Of a DNA stretch of 44,481 bases, positions 25,896-35,744 are shown in pieces. Position 1 is the stretch's first letter. Each line of letters begins with the position of its first letter. The stretch comes from a virus. Its lineage: Duplodnaviria > Caudoviricetes. The notes beneath the pieces were generated by a model, which worked only from the letters and a program-made list of their open reading frames with translations, was not told the DNA's origin and did not search any database. The stretch is taken from positions 1 through 44,481 of the IMG/VR virus record IMGVR_UViG_3300037780_000052; one strand, 5' to 3'. The translations under genes and the position numbers were made by a program.

Positions 25896-28800
25896 TTATG
25901 CTCCTCCTGCTGCAAAATATTGTGCAGCCAAATAATCTCCGTCAATGCCGCCTTTCATATTCATTTTATTAACAATCTGTATTTCTAAATCTGCACGATT
26001 TGTAATTAAGTTTGTCTGCATTTGAATTTGACCTGCTATTAACACATTTGTTTGTGCATTTGAATCACCACCTGCAACTCTATTTGCAATATATGATGCA
26101 ATTGCTCTTTGAGTAGGTACAATATTATTACTATCAGCTAAAAATCTCGGATCTTTGCTAAATTCTCTAACAATAACATTTGTACCGCCTAATTGAATGC
26201 CTCCTAGAGAAATTTCCTCCAATCCGGTCAAATTAAACTGACTAGCATCAATTGTAACAATGCCCGTGGACTGTTCAACTGCAAAAAGTTCACCTGTTCT
26301 AAAATTACCATCTTGGTCAGTACTCGTATAGAAAATTCGACCACCACCGTTAGCAACAACTTCATTGAACGGTTGTCTAGGATTAATAGATGATTCACCT
26401 TCTAGATATAGATTAGGATAATTTGTATCTTCGAAATTTCCAGTTCCGATATCTAGAAAATCATGTCCAGTAAGTCTAATCTGACTATATCTTTCTCTTA
26501 TTACAACAGGAGTTAAATGCTCAGGACTTTCATTAACTCCGATCTCAGGTCTAATTAAAACTTCTATTTCAAAAGGACCAGTGCCTGTTACCGAATTTAT
26601 TCTAACAATATTAATCTGTTTATCAATACCGTTTATAGATAAGTTTGCTCCAGGTCGAGGCGCTCTAGTTACAGAAGTTAATTTAAGAGTAGTTCCTATT
26701 TGAAAAAGTTCTGCAAATCCGTCGCCTGTTATGGTTGCTGTTGCACTCAAATATCCTTGACCTCTATTAGTCATTTCGGGCTGAGGAAGAACACCATTTT
26801 TTACAAAAACATCAAAAAATACCGGCAAGGTAAAATTATTATCAATAACTTCGACAACAGGATTTTCTGATAAATTACTACCTGGATCATATATTATAAA
26901 TTCTGTGATTCTTGCAGCTTCTACTTTTGCTCTAATTATAGGTCTTGCTCCGGTTTCAATACTGTTCCACAAAGCACTATTATTTTGAACTACTATCCAT
27001 TTTCCGTCATTATAAGCAGAACTTTCCCAAGAACCAGTTGCTGTGGTTGTATATGCAGTACTATCGTTGTCGAACGTTTTCCAAACTTTTCCGCTGGCAG
27101 ATTTTGCTACAAGATTTCCCGGTCCTGTTGCTAAAAATACTCCTGCGCCGTATGATATTCTTGTAAAATCTCCAGTTTCGATAAAACTTTCATACCAAGT
27201 TATTCCATCAAAACTATATGCGGTTCTAGTTAATCCTTCTGTGCTATCGATAGATGAATCTGCAATAGCAACGAATCTACCATTACCATATGTTATACCT
27301 GTCCATGTAAATTCGCTTAGTGCTGAATTAATCACAGTCCATGATGCACCATTGTCACTGCTATAAGCTACTGCACCAGTGCCTTCTGAAATTGTAACAA
27401 ATTTTCCATTGCCAAATGCAGAAACTATCCAGTTTTCGCTGCCATTACCTATTGTAGATGTGTTCCAGGAATTCCCATCGTCGGTGCTATAAACTACATT
27501 TTGAGAACCATTAGCTGCAATTATAATAGCATTTCCTGCTTTATCAGATGCAATTGGTCCCCAATTATCTGTTGTAGGAAGGACAACATTTGACCAAGAA
27601 ACAGCAGCATTAGTTGATCGGGCAACTTGATTTGTAGGTGATCCCGAAACTGATTCTTTTGATACTAACAGATTACTTCCAGTATATACTATACCAGAAG
27701 CTATAGCACCAAAACCTACTAAATTAGGATCCTCCCAATTAGTTCCATCCGTACTATAAGTTGCAAAAACATCCGGTCCTTCATTTATTGCAATAAATCT
27801 ATCTTCGGCATAAGTTATATACTTCCAATCTAAAACACTCGGTCCGGTAACAGCTGAATTTGTAAAAATCGGTTCTTCTACAGAAACTCTCGGTTCTATA
27901 GCATATCGAGAAGTTGAATCTAATTCTTCTTCAATCGGCCAGCCTGGCTGAAAATGATCAAAACCTAATTGTCCGTCTGATTCCCTACTGATAATACATA
28001 CTTTAGTTAAAGGATCATATGCAGTAATTTCTCCGTATTGTCCGACACCGGTTCCGCTTTGGATTACTAATCTTTGTCCTATGATATCTTCTGCCGTAGC
28101 AGTTTCTGCCTGAGACAGAGTTATAATCCCGTCATTACCGCCTTGGAGAGAATTAACAATAAATGTATAGTTTAAACCTCCTACAGGAGACGAATCCTCA
28201 AGGTCGATAATCCTTATTCTTGATATAGCATTTTGCCTAAATTCGTCGTAATAACCAACTGCTCCTGTTCCCGATCCGTCAAATGTAATGCTTGCATTTG
28301 TGTAATTTTCACCTGCATGCGAATAACCAATAGCAAGAAAAGCTTGTTGATTAAAACCAAATGTGAAGGCCTGAGAAAATTGAGCTTGATTAGACCTATT
28401 GTCAATTAAACCAGCTATAGGTGCTTCTGTTGGATCAACTCCCTCGGCAACTGACCCAAAAGTACCGTATGAATTATTACCATTTGTTGCACGGAGTATG
28501 CCCCCGTTAGTTGACAAATATCCAATATGACAATAGTAGGTAAAAACTGAAACTAATTCTGATCTTCCTAGATTGTCTGCCCAATAACCTATACCGTCGC
28601 TTAGTACCTGAGTAAAATCATTAGCAACAATTGACCTGTTACCACCGTTGTGAAGAGCGCCATCGATCTTCATCCCAATACAACCTGAACCTGATGTAGA
28701 AACATTCTGAACATACGGAGATCTTGTTTGTATCCATACGCTAGTATCGTCGGAGCCAGTTCCTGGGTCTAAACTTACATAGGCTCCTGCCGTTGGTCTT

Positions 28801-31580
28801 CTAGTTAAAAATTCATTTAAATCTCCCAATTCGCCATTTAAACCAACCAAGGACATGTTTCTCAAGCCAGATCCATTTCTTACGTAAAACATATTAGATG
28901 TTTCATATCCAGCTGCTGGAGCAACAGTTGTGCTTCTTAATTCTTCTCCAACAACTGCACAATTTTGCGGAATACTAATAGGAAGTATTTCATCGTAATA
29001 TCCTGTTTTTACAAAAATAGTTGTATTAGGAGGCGTAGAATTTAATATACTATAATTTACTTCACTAACAACAATATATTCATCTACAAATAATTCTGTA
29101 TTGTAACTAATATATTTAACTAATTCATTAATTAAATTTTTTACTGATATGTTTGTAATTGTGTTATTAAAATATTTTTGTATTTCATTTGAATCAGTTA
29201 TCGTAATTCCAGATGTCGATAAGTCAACATCGCCCCATGCTCTTCCTGTTTTTTCATTTGTAGATCTAAGAAAACTAGATAAATTTGGAAATGTGCTAGT
29301 ATCGCCATCTGCAATAATAGTTTCTAATGCAATCTGTAATATATATTTTCCGCTTATTACTGATGTATTTAAAGTACCTGGAATGTTATTTCTCACATAA
29401 TCGCACGCATATTTTACAGTTCTAAATGGTGAATTTTCATTTTTTCCGTATCCATCGGCATCTTGGCCTTGATTTGAAACATAAAAGGCTCTAGGTATAC
29501 TTACTAACGATTTCCATTGAGGTAATGTACCATCTGTAGTCAATTGATCATTTATATTTCCAATTGCAAATCTTTCGTCTATATCAAGATCATTTCTAAT
29601 TTTTAGATCGCCTTCCTCTTGTAATACAATTGTTTCTGCACCCTGTATTAAAAGATTCCAGTAATCTTGATCTGTTTGAAGAACATCTATATCGGGCCTA
29701 CTGTCAGAAGCTGTAGAAAAATGTCGTTGTATACAAACATATGCTGTTCCTAAAAATGTAACAATATCTCCTAAGAAATATTCTACATCATCTTGCCAAT
29801 TTCCTCGAAATTTATTTCCTTCTACAAGTTTTTGCCAAATAGTAACGTCACTGTCTGGGTAAATTGCAGTGTTATCGTCTAATGCAATATATAGATATCC
29901 ACCGTCCCTTACTAAGTCTCCAGTTTTATATACTTCATTGGAATTCCAATCGCCGGTCATTCTATAACCGTTAATTAATAATTCCCAGTCTCCTATATTT
30001 TGATCTTTTCCATTGACACTAGGAACACTGTTTAAATTTGACTGAAGTGCAATATATGAATATCCGCCATAAAGAACGACATCACCTATTTGATATCTAG
30101 TGTTAGAATTCCATAATTCATCATACGCAAGACCGGGAACATAAACTTCCCAGTTATCAATGTCATTTCTTTGATAACCTAGTAATTCGGTTACCGTGTA
30201 TCCGTTTGCTTCTATATAAGGATATAATACGTTGCGTATAAACTCTGTAATAGTTGAATTACTAGCTGATCCTGTAGAATTATATAATGCTATTTCTTGT
30301 GCATCTAATAATTCTATATTGTTATTTCTGTCTACATCAGCATACGAACCTGCATAATATCCTAACACAGGATCATCTTCTGTAAGTAAACCTGATTCAG
30401 GATCAATTAATAATAAATTTTGTAATTCTGCATCAAATGGGGCATCACGCGAAGCAATTACAGAAATTGCATCTGCTAATGTATCATGAGATATGGTGGG
30501 TAATATTATAGATCCGTCTGTTTTTTCTAACACATACCTAATCGGTGTAGCTGTATGTCCAGTGGTAGCTCTCCAAAGTGTAGGACCATTTTTAACAAGA
30601 TCACCCTCTTTATATCTAGTTCCGCTAGTCCATTGGCCTTTGTATTCTATACCATATGAAACAATTTCCCAGTTATCGATGTCATCCTCTAAACCAAGTT
30701 CTTCTGTTTCGGCACTTGTGTGAGGATTGATACATTTATATACTATTCCTCCATATTTAACTAAATCATTTAAAACATATCTAGTTGATGTACTCCACTC
30801 AGATGTCCATCCCTCAACAGAAGATAAAAGTATCCAATCAGAGTTGTTCGCTTCTAGACCATCACTAATAGTTTGAGCCGAAGTATGTGAATTTAAACAG
30901 ATGTACACCGAACTATTATATTTTACTATATTTCCTTCAGAGTAAAACCTATTTGTTGTCCATTCTGAATTCCAAGATCTTCCATCAAACATAAGTTCCC
31001 AAAAACTATCATATTTGGTATTGAATTTTCCTCCTATGTTAATATTGTTAGGACTAAAATAATACAATTCATCAGAAACAATCGAAGGAACAATTAATTG
31101 AATTTGACGAGTTTCACTGTTTGTAAAATTTTCTACATAATTTTCATGTGTAACTTCAATATCATTTAAAAAATATGTCACCCCAACTGTAAACACATTA
31201 AATCCATTTAGAGTACCATTTTCGCCTGTGCTAAACAGTAATGGATTTTCACTTCCATTAAAATTTATGTTTGTTTCATCAGATTGATCAAAGATATATG
31301 TTTTACCTTTAATCAAATTTATTTCAGCTGATTCGATTCCGTTTATATAAAAATTTCCAGATGCTTTACCATCAACTGTATCTGTTCCTACTGTTACCGA
31401 ATAAGTTAATGTTTCTTGTCCATCTTCGTCTTCGTAAAAATTTTGGCTTGCTACATGTCCCTGTAAGCACACATATGCTTTACCATTATAGTAAACAATA
31501 TCATCTTTAATATAAGATAATCCTGATGTCCAGTTACCTTTCCAGCGATATTTTAATCTATCAATTTTAAAATCAGCCAT
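25896..31580 (-). CDS. Large fibre/appendage protein, paralog of the 1545-aa protein with extra inserted domains (1894 aa)
   Basis: Same N-terminus (MADFKIDRLKYRWKGNW), 7 CBM5/12-like repeats and the same beta-helix motifs. Adds a cupredoxin-like insert, dockerin-like motifs and S-x-D-G-x-x-W Asp-box repeats. Confidence 0.8.
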   Translation of the reverse strand: MADFKIDRLKYRWKGNWTSGLSYIKDDIVYYNGKAYVCLQGHVASQNFYEDEDGQETLTYSVTVGTDTVDGKASGNFYINGIESAEINLIKGKTYIFDQSDETNINFNGSENPLLFSTGENGTLNGFNVFTVGVTYFLNDIEVTHENYVENFTNSETRQIQLIVPSIVSDELYYFSPNNINIGGKFNTKYDSFWELMFDGRSWNSEWTTNRFYSEGNIVKYNSSVYICLNSHTSAQTISDGLEANNSDWILLSSVEGWTSEWSTSTRYVLNDLVKYGGIVYKCINPHTSAETEELGLEDDIDNWEIVSYGIEYKGQWTSGTRYKEGDLVKNGPTLWRATTGHTATPIRYVLEKTDGSIILPTISHDTLADAISVIASRDAPFDAELQNLLLIDPESGLLTEDDPVLGYYAGSYADVDRNNNIELLDAQEIALYNSTGSASNSTITEFIRNVLYPYIEANGYTVTELLGYQRNDIDNWEVYVPGLAYDELWNSNTRYQIGDVVLYGGYSYIALQSNLNSVPSVNGKDQNIGDWELLINGYRMTGDWNSNEVYKTGDLVRDGGYLYIALDDNTAIYPDSDVTIWQKLVEGNKFRGNWQDDVEYFLGDIVTFLGTAYVCIQRHFSTASDSRPDIDVLQTDQDYWNLLIQGAETIVLQEEGDLKIRNDLDIDERFAIGNINDQLTTDGTLPQWKSLVSIPRAFYVSNQGQDADGYGKNENSPFRTVKYACDYVRNNIPGTLNTSVISGKYILQIALETIIADGDTSTFPNLSSFLRSTNEKTGRAWGDVDLSTSGITITDSNEIQKYFNNTITNISVKNLINELVKYISYNTELFVDEYIVVSEVNYSILNSTPPNTTIFVKTGYYDEILPISIPQNCAVVGEELRSTTVAPAAGYETSNMFYVRNGSGLRNMSLVGLNGELGDLNEFLTRRPTAGAYVSLDPGTGSDDTSVWIQTRSPYVQNVSTSGSGCIGMKIDGALHNGGNRSIVANDFTQVLSDGIGYWADNLGRSELVSVFTYYCHIGYLSTNGGILRATNGNNSYGTFGSVAEGVDPTEAPIAGLIDNRSNQAQFSQAFTFGFNQQAFLAIGYSHAGENYTNASITFDGSGTGAVGYYDEFRQNAISRIRIIDLEDSSPVGGLNYTFIVNSLQGGNDGIITLSQAETATAEDIIGQRLVIQSGTGVGQYGEITAYDPLTKVCIISRESDGQLGFDHFQPGWPIEEELDSTSRYAIEPRVSVEEPIFTNSAVTGPSVLDWKYITYAEDRFIAINEGPDVFATYSTDGTNWEDPNLVGFGAIASGIVYTGSNLLVSKESVSGSPTNQVARSTNAAVSWSNVVLPTTDNWGPIASDKAGNAIIIAANGSQNVVYSTDDGNSWNTSTIGNGSENWIVSAFGNGKFVTISEGTGAVAYSSDNGASWTVINSALSEFTWTGITYGNGRFVAIADSSIDSTEGLTRTAYSFDGITWYESFIETGDFTRISYGAGVFLATGPGNLVAKSASGKVWKTFDNDSTAYTTTATGSWESSAYNDGKWIVVQNNSALWNSIETGARPIIRAKVEAARITEFIIYDPGSNLSENPVVEVIDNNFTLPVFFDVFVKNGVLPQPEMTNRGQGYLSATATITGDGFAELFQIGTTLKLTSVTRAPRPGANLSINGIDKQINIVRINSVTGTGPFEIEVLIRPEIGVNESPEHLTPVVIRERYSQIRLTGHDFLDIGTGNFEDTNYPNLYLEGESSINPRQPFNEVVANGGGRIFYTSTDQDGNFRTGELFAVEQSTGIVTIDASQFNLTGLEEISLGGIQLGGTNVIVREFSKDPRFLADSNNIVPTQRAIASYIANRVAGGDSNAQTNVLIAGQIQMQTNLITNRADLEIQIVNKMNMKGGIDGDYLAAQYFAAGGA
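26299..26335. repeat. 37-bp perfect direct repeat, copy 2
   Basis: Identical to 21618-21654; encodes FYTSTDQDGNFR on the minus strand. Confidence 0.95.
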
Positions 31581-31581
31581 A

Positions 31582-31956
31582 TTATTCTATTCCTTCTGAG
31601 GACAAATTATCATCATATGCGAAGCTTTCATTTATTCTAACTACTAATTCGCCTTCTTCATTTATATAATAAAAAATGTTTCTATCATCCCATCTAAATT
31701 GTTCATAATTTAAATTTTTATAAACTAAATTGTGATTTGCATCTCTTCCTTCGAAAAAATCCTGACCTTCTTGAAAGTTAGAAAAATTATTTTCAGGATC
31801 GCCCGGATTGTTGATACTGAGGTCATCTGTCTTTTTTAGTTGATCTACTTTTCCTAGAAATAATTCACCTTGATCAGTTCTACGCAGACCGTAAAAGAAT
31901 CTATTTGTTACGGAGTTATAAATTTGATCTGGACTTATACCTATATAATTTGACAT
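31582..31956 (-). CDS. Hypothetical virion protein (124 aa)
   Basis: Intact ORF with AAGGA RBS; MSNYIG...FFYGLRRTDQGEL...YEQFRWD...YYINEEGELVVRIN. Confidence 0.7.
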   Translation of the reverse strand: MSNYIGISPDQIYNSVTNRFFYGLRRTDQGELFLGKVDQLKKTDDLSINNPGDPENNFSNFQEGQDFFEGRDANHNLVYKNLNYEQFRWDDRNIFYYINEEGELVVRINESFAYDDNLSSEGIE

Positions 31957-31965
31957 TTAATTTCC

Positions 31966-32295
31966 TTATACAATATCTACATAACTTATCACGGCATCCA
32001 AAGCTGCATCCTCGTCAGCTTGTAGATAAAGTGTGTTGTTAGGTGCAAGAATTAATTTTTCCCCTGCACTTAGGGCTCGAAGACTGGTATTTGGAGGGAT
32101 CATTACATCTTTTAGATAAAATCCCGATACACTAGTGTCATCACCTATTAACACTGTTGCATAGACTGCTACTTCTTTTAAATTTGACAAACTTAAACCT
32201 ACAATCGTACTTCTAGTTGCCGAATCAGTTCCTAAGGCTAATACAGGAAGTACTCCTATTTCTTTTACTACTTTATTTTTGAAATCTGTTGCCAT
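31966..32295 (-). CDS. Small virion protein, ~110-aa family member 2
   Basis: MATDFKN...STIVGLSLSNL...YLKDVMIPPNTSL...GEKLILAPNNTL...LDAVISYVDI. Confidence 0.75.
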   Translation of the reverse strand: MATDFKNKVVKEIGVLPVLALGTDSATRSTIVGLSLSNLKEVAVYATVLIGDDTSVSGFYLKDVMIPPNTSLRALSAGEKLILAPNNTLYLQADEDAALDAVISYVDIV

Positions 32296-32299
32296 TTGT

Positions 32300-35200
32300 T
32301 TATCCCAGTGTTAATACATATTCTATTGCAAGATTTTCAGCTTGATTGAAGTTAATTGAACCAGTAGAACCTGCAACTGATACCCAGCTGGTTCCGTCGT
32401 ATATCTCTACATACTGTTGATTTATATTATACCTCATCATACCAGTTTCTAAAAAAGGTGCAAGTGGCCTTTGAACATCATTGCCTACCGGTATAACCAT
32501 GCCCCCAGTACCTTCGAATTTAAAATATCCAGAACCAGTATTTCTTATAAGTGTAATACCGTTTGGTGAAATATTTGTAATGCTCGAATCCTTAAAGGCC
32601 AAATCATCTATCACCACACTGCCTGCGCCATTTGCAGTTAATTGAAGATCATTATTAGTAGAAAGTGTACCAATAACATTTCCGTCAATATATACTTCAT
32701 CAACTTCGATTCTATTTGTTCTAAATCTATCTTGGTCTAGATCTGCTACTAAAACATCATCTGCATAAAATCTAATAACCTTGTCATTTGCACCGGGAGT
32801 CAATTCGGCTGTAATACGTGTGTTTCTATCTAAATCATAAACACCATTCAGTGCTAACCAACTACCGTTATACCCTTCAAATAAATTATCATCTGTGTTA
32901 TAACGTATCATACCTAATTCAGGTGACACTGGTCGTTCTGCTGTTGTTCCTGTAGGAAGATTTAGTGCGCCTGTCGAATCTATTCTAACTGTACCACTAG
33001 CAGCTTCAATATTAATATCTCCACTTAAACTTTCAATAGTGTTTCCGCTTATTCTCAAATTTCCGGTATCTATTTTTTCACCAGTGATATTAGTTGTACT
33101 ACCATTAGTTGTAATACTAATACCATTGCTAGTTTCAATATTAAAATCAGAGTTAGTAAATGTTATTTCACCAGTTTCTTGATTTACATAGAATAGATCA
33201 CCGACTCGGAAGTCTCCTTTGTGGTCTACTGAGCTGTATCTTATCTTAGCATCATTTATTTCAACAACTTCGTTGTCTTGTAAAACAGACGTAGGATCAT
33301 TATTAGAATCTTTTCCATTTCCGATATATGCAAAATTTTGACTAATAAGGTACATCAATACTCCGGGTCCATCGCCGTAAGCACCAATGTTACCATAAAC
33401 ACTGGCGCTGGCTATACTTCTTATCTCACCGCCAAAGTCTGTAAAGTCTGCTAATGTAATAAAATTAGCAGTAGCGCCGCCCGAAAATCTAATATCTTGT
33501 CGTATGTTAGCATCATCAACTATAACACTAGAACTATCGTCACCGTCGAGATGTAACAACAACACAGTTTCTTCATCGCTAGTGAAAGCACTGCTTGGTA
33601 CTGCAAAATTTCCAGTATATCTAGCAACACCTTTAGATATTCTTATTTCATCTAACCAGCCATCCCAGTAATTATTTAAACCATCAAAATTAGATCCAAT
33701 CGCAAGCGATTTAGCTGTTCCATAATCTGTGTTGTCTGTCCAAGAACCAACACTTTGGCCGTTGAGATAAAGCGTTCCAGTGGAACCTGATCTTACATAT
33801 GCAACATGATTCCATTGATTTAAATTAATATCAGAACTACCGGTAACTCTAACACTTCCTAACACATAAACTCTAGGAGTAAGTCCGTTTACTTCCAAAG
33901 TTAATGCATTATTATTAGTAGACCCTACTCTAAAATCTAAAATAGTCTCTAAACCTGTTGATGAAGTTTTGTAAATCCACGATTCAACTGTAAAATCACC
34001 TGTGTTAAAACCAAAATTGTCACTGGAAGCAATTTTTAAATAATCTCCGCTACCATCTAATTTTAAACTAGTTGACCCAAATTGCTTTTGATCATTATCG
34101 AGATATGCATTACCGAAAATCGAAACGATTTTACCGAGGCGTTCATCAAATGTTTCGAAACCTGTTTGTTTTCCGTTTATATAAAATTTTCCATCTGTAT
34201 CAACACTATCAATAGTGCCTGTTGCTAGAACGGTTGTGCCATCTGTATCGTAATAGGTTACAGTTTCTCCTGCGAGATATGATCCTGTAACACCTTCTAC
34301 TCTTAGAGAAGTTTTACCTGCGCCTTTGAGACCTGTTGCTCCATCAAGTGCAGTAAGTCCTCTATTAGCAAAATATGTAAAACAGTTTAACCATTCCACT
34401 CTCGTACCGTTGGTAATAACAACAGCATCGACACCCGGTGTAATAAATGTTACACTGTGAAAAAGACAAGCTGCTTCTCTCGAACTTGCTGTTGCTACTG
34501 CACCATCTAGGTAAGCGCCGCGACCGGCATCACCTTGGTCAAAACCTCTAGGATCTGAACTGCTCGTTACACTTCCGGCGGTGATTACACTGATGTTTTT
34601 AATATAAGGCGAACGACTAGTTACTGTAAATCCCGGTGCAAACTTAAATGCATATCCCGGAGAAAAGAAATTTCTTATAGTAACATCTTCAATAGTTACT
34701 TCACCGTTTAATAAAAATGCATCATTGTTTTGAGTTGCAACTGTAGGTTGTATGTTTACACTTCTTAAACTATGTCCTTTAAGTGTGACTCCCACAGGAA
34801 CAGTTATAGGAAATTCTTCTGTATAAACACCAGGATAAATGTGTACAGTGTCACCTGCACTTGCCTGGCTTAATGCATATTTAACACTTCCAAAAGGATC
34901 ATTGGGATGATCTCCTGAATAGGTATCATCACCATTTTCTGCAACGTAGAAAATATTACCCTGTCGTAATGCAAGATCAACACCATCTACTTCCAGACCA
35001 GTTGTGTTTATTGTACCTGCAAAAAAGTTTTCTACCCAAACATCTTGCCACTGTTGTCCAATTTTTCCTAAACTATATGTGTTGGTTTGATCAGGAATAA
35101 TATCACTGGTTATTTCTGCATTAAATGTTACATTATCGGTATTTGCATCACCAATAGTAATATTGCCTTCTGCAATAACACTTCCAGTTGCAACAATATC

Positions 35201-35629
35201 TCCATAAACATTTGTATCGGCAAAAATTTCTACAGTGCCGGTACCGTTTGGATTTAATTCTAAATTAGTATTAGCACCATTGGTACTAATAACATTAGAA
35301 TCAATATGACCTATGTCAATACTGTCTACAGTTAATTTATTTTGATAAACAACAGTATCAGCTGTGCCAAGAGTAAGAACAGGTTGACTGGTTTCTATCG
35401 TGCTGCCAGTAACAGTTATGTCAGCTATATCAGCAAGTGTACTAACTTGAAGTCCAGTACTTCTAATTACTCCATTTACATCCAACTCGTATTGAGGTGA
35501 AGCAGTATTAATACCGATTCGGCTGTTTACAACATCTAAATATAAAAGATCAGTCTCAAAAGCTAGATTAACTCCTTCACGCAGGAGATCTGCCTTTAAG
35601 AGCGGACCTGATATGCGACCAATAGCCAT
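32300..35629 (-). CDS. Fibre/baseplate-associated protein with beta-helix region and LamG/concanavalin A-like domain (1109 aa)
   Basis: MAIGRISGPLLK; FYVAENGDD...IYPGVYTEEFPI; LamG segment SLKLDGSGDY...GDFTVESWIY...WNHVAYVRSG...GWLDEIRISKGVARY; two P-x-G-x4-RP...GM-x-RYN motifs. Confidence 0.8.
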   Translation of the reverse strand: MAIGRISGPLLKADLLREGVNLAFETDLLYLDVVNSRIGINTASPQYELDVNGVIRSTGLQVSTLADIADITVTGSTIETSQPVLTLGTADTVVYQNKLTVDSIDIGHIDSNVISTNGANTNLELNPNGTGTVEIFADTNVYGDIVATGSVIAEGNITIGDANTDNVTFNAEITSDIIPDQTNTYSLGKIGQQWQDVWVENFFAGTINTTGLEVDGVDLALRQGNIFYVAENGDDTYSGDHPNDPFGSVKYALSQASAGDTVHIYPGVYTEEFPITVPVGVTLKGHSLRSVNIQPTVATQNNDAFLLNGEVTIEDVTIRNFFSPGYAFKFAPGFTVTSRSPYIKNISVITAGSVTSSSDPRGFDQGDAGRGAYLDGAVATASSREAACLFHSVTFITPGVDAVVITNGTRVEWLNCFTYFANRGLTALDGATGLKGAGKTSLRVEGVTGSYLAGETVTYYDTDGTTVLATGTIDSVDTDGKFYINGKQTGFETFDERLGKIVSIFGNAYLDNDQKQFGSTSLKLDGSGDYLKIASSDNFGFNTGDFTVESWIYKTSSTGLETILDFRVGSTNNNALTLEVNGLTPRVYVLGSVRVTGSSDINLNQWNHVAYVRSGSTGTLYLNGQSVGSWTDNTDYGTAKSLAIGSNFDGLNNYWDGWLDEIRISKGVARYTGNFAVPSSAFTSDEETVLLLHLDGDDSSSVIVDDANIRQDIRFSGGATANFITLADFTDFGGEIRSIASASVYGNIGAYGDGPGVLMYLISQNFAYIGNGKDSNNDPTSVLQDNEVVEINDAKIRYSSVDHKGDFRVGDLFYVNQETGEITFTNSDFNIETSNGISITTNGSTTNITGEKIDTGNLRISGNTIESLSGDINIEAASGTVRIDSTGALNLPTGTTAERPVSPELGMIRYNTDDNLFEGYNGSWLALNGVYDLDRNTRITAELTPGANDKVIRFYADDVLVADLDQDRFRTNRIEVDEVYIDGNVIGTLSTNNDLQLTANGAGSVVIDDLAFKDSSITNISPNGITLIRNTGSGYFKFEGTGGMVIPVGNDVQRPLAPFLETGMMRYNINQQYVEIYDGTSWVSVAGSTGSINFNQAENLAIEYVLTLG

Positions 35630-35740
35630 CTCTTTTCCTCAATACGGGGATCCTGTCCCTCCAACCAAATTCTCAGCTCGCGCTCTTTGCTGGTTGACCA
35701 CAGTTTGTCCTGAGGTAGTTTGGTCAACTTACCCTCATTA
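35630..35740 (-). ncRNA. Putative structured cis-regulatory 5' leader RNA
   Basis: About 110-nt GC-rich leader in an AT-rich genome between the ATAAATA promoter and the start codon; several stems including a perfect 8-bp GUUGACCA/UGGUCAAC pairing. Confidence 0.65.
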
Positions 35741-35744
35741 ATAT

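Noticed and set aside
21618-26335. Diversity-generating retroelement or CRISPR interpretation of the repeats
   Set aside because: No reverse transcriptase in the window, no adenine-specific mismatches between copies, and no regularly spaced repeat-spacer array.
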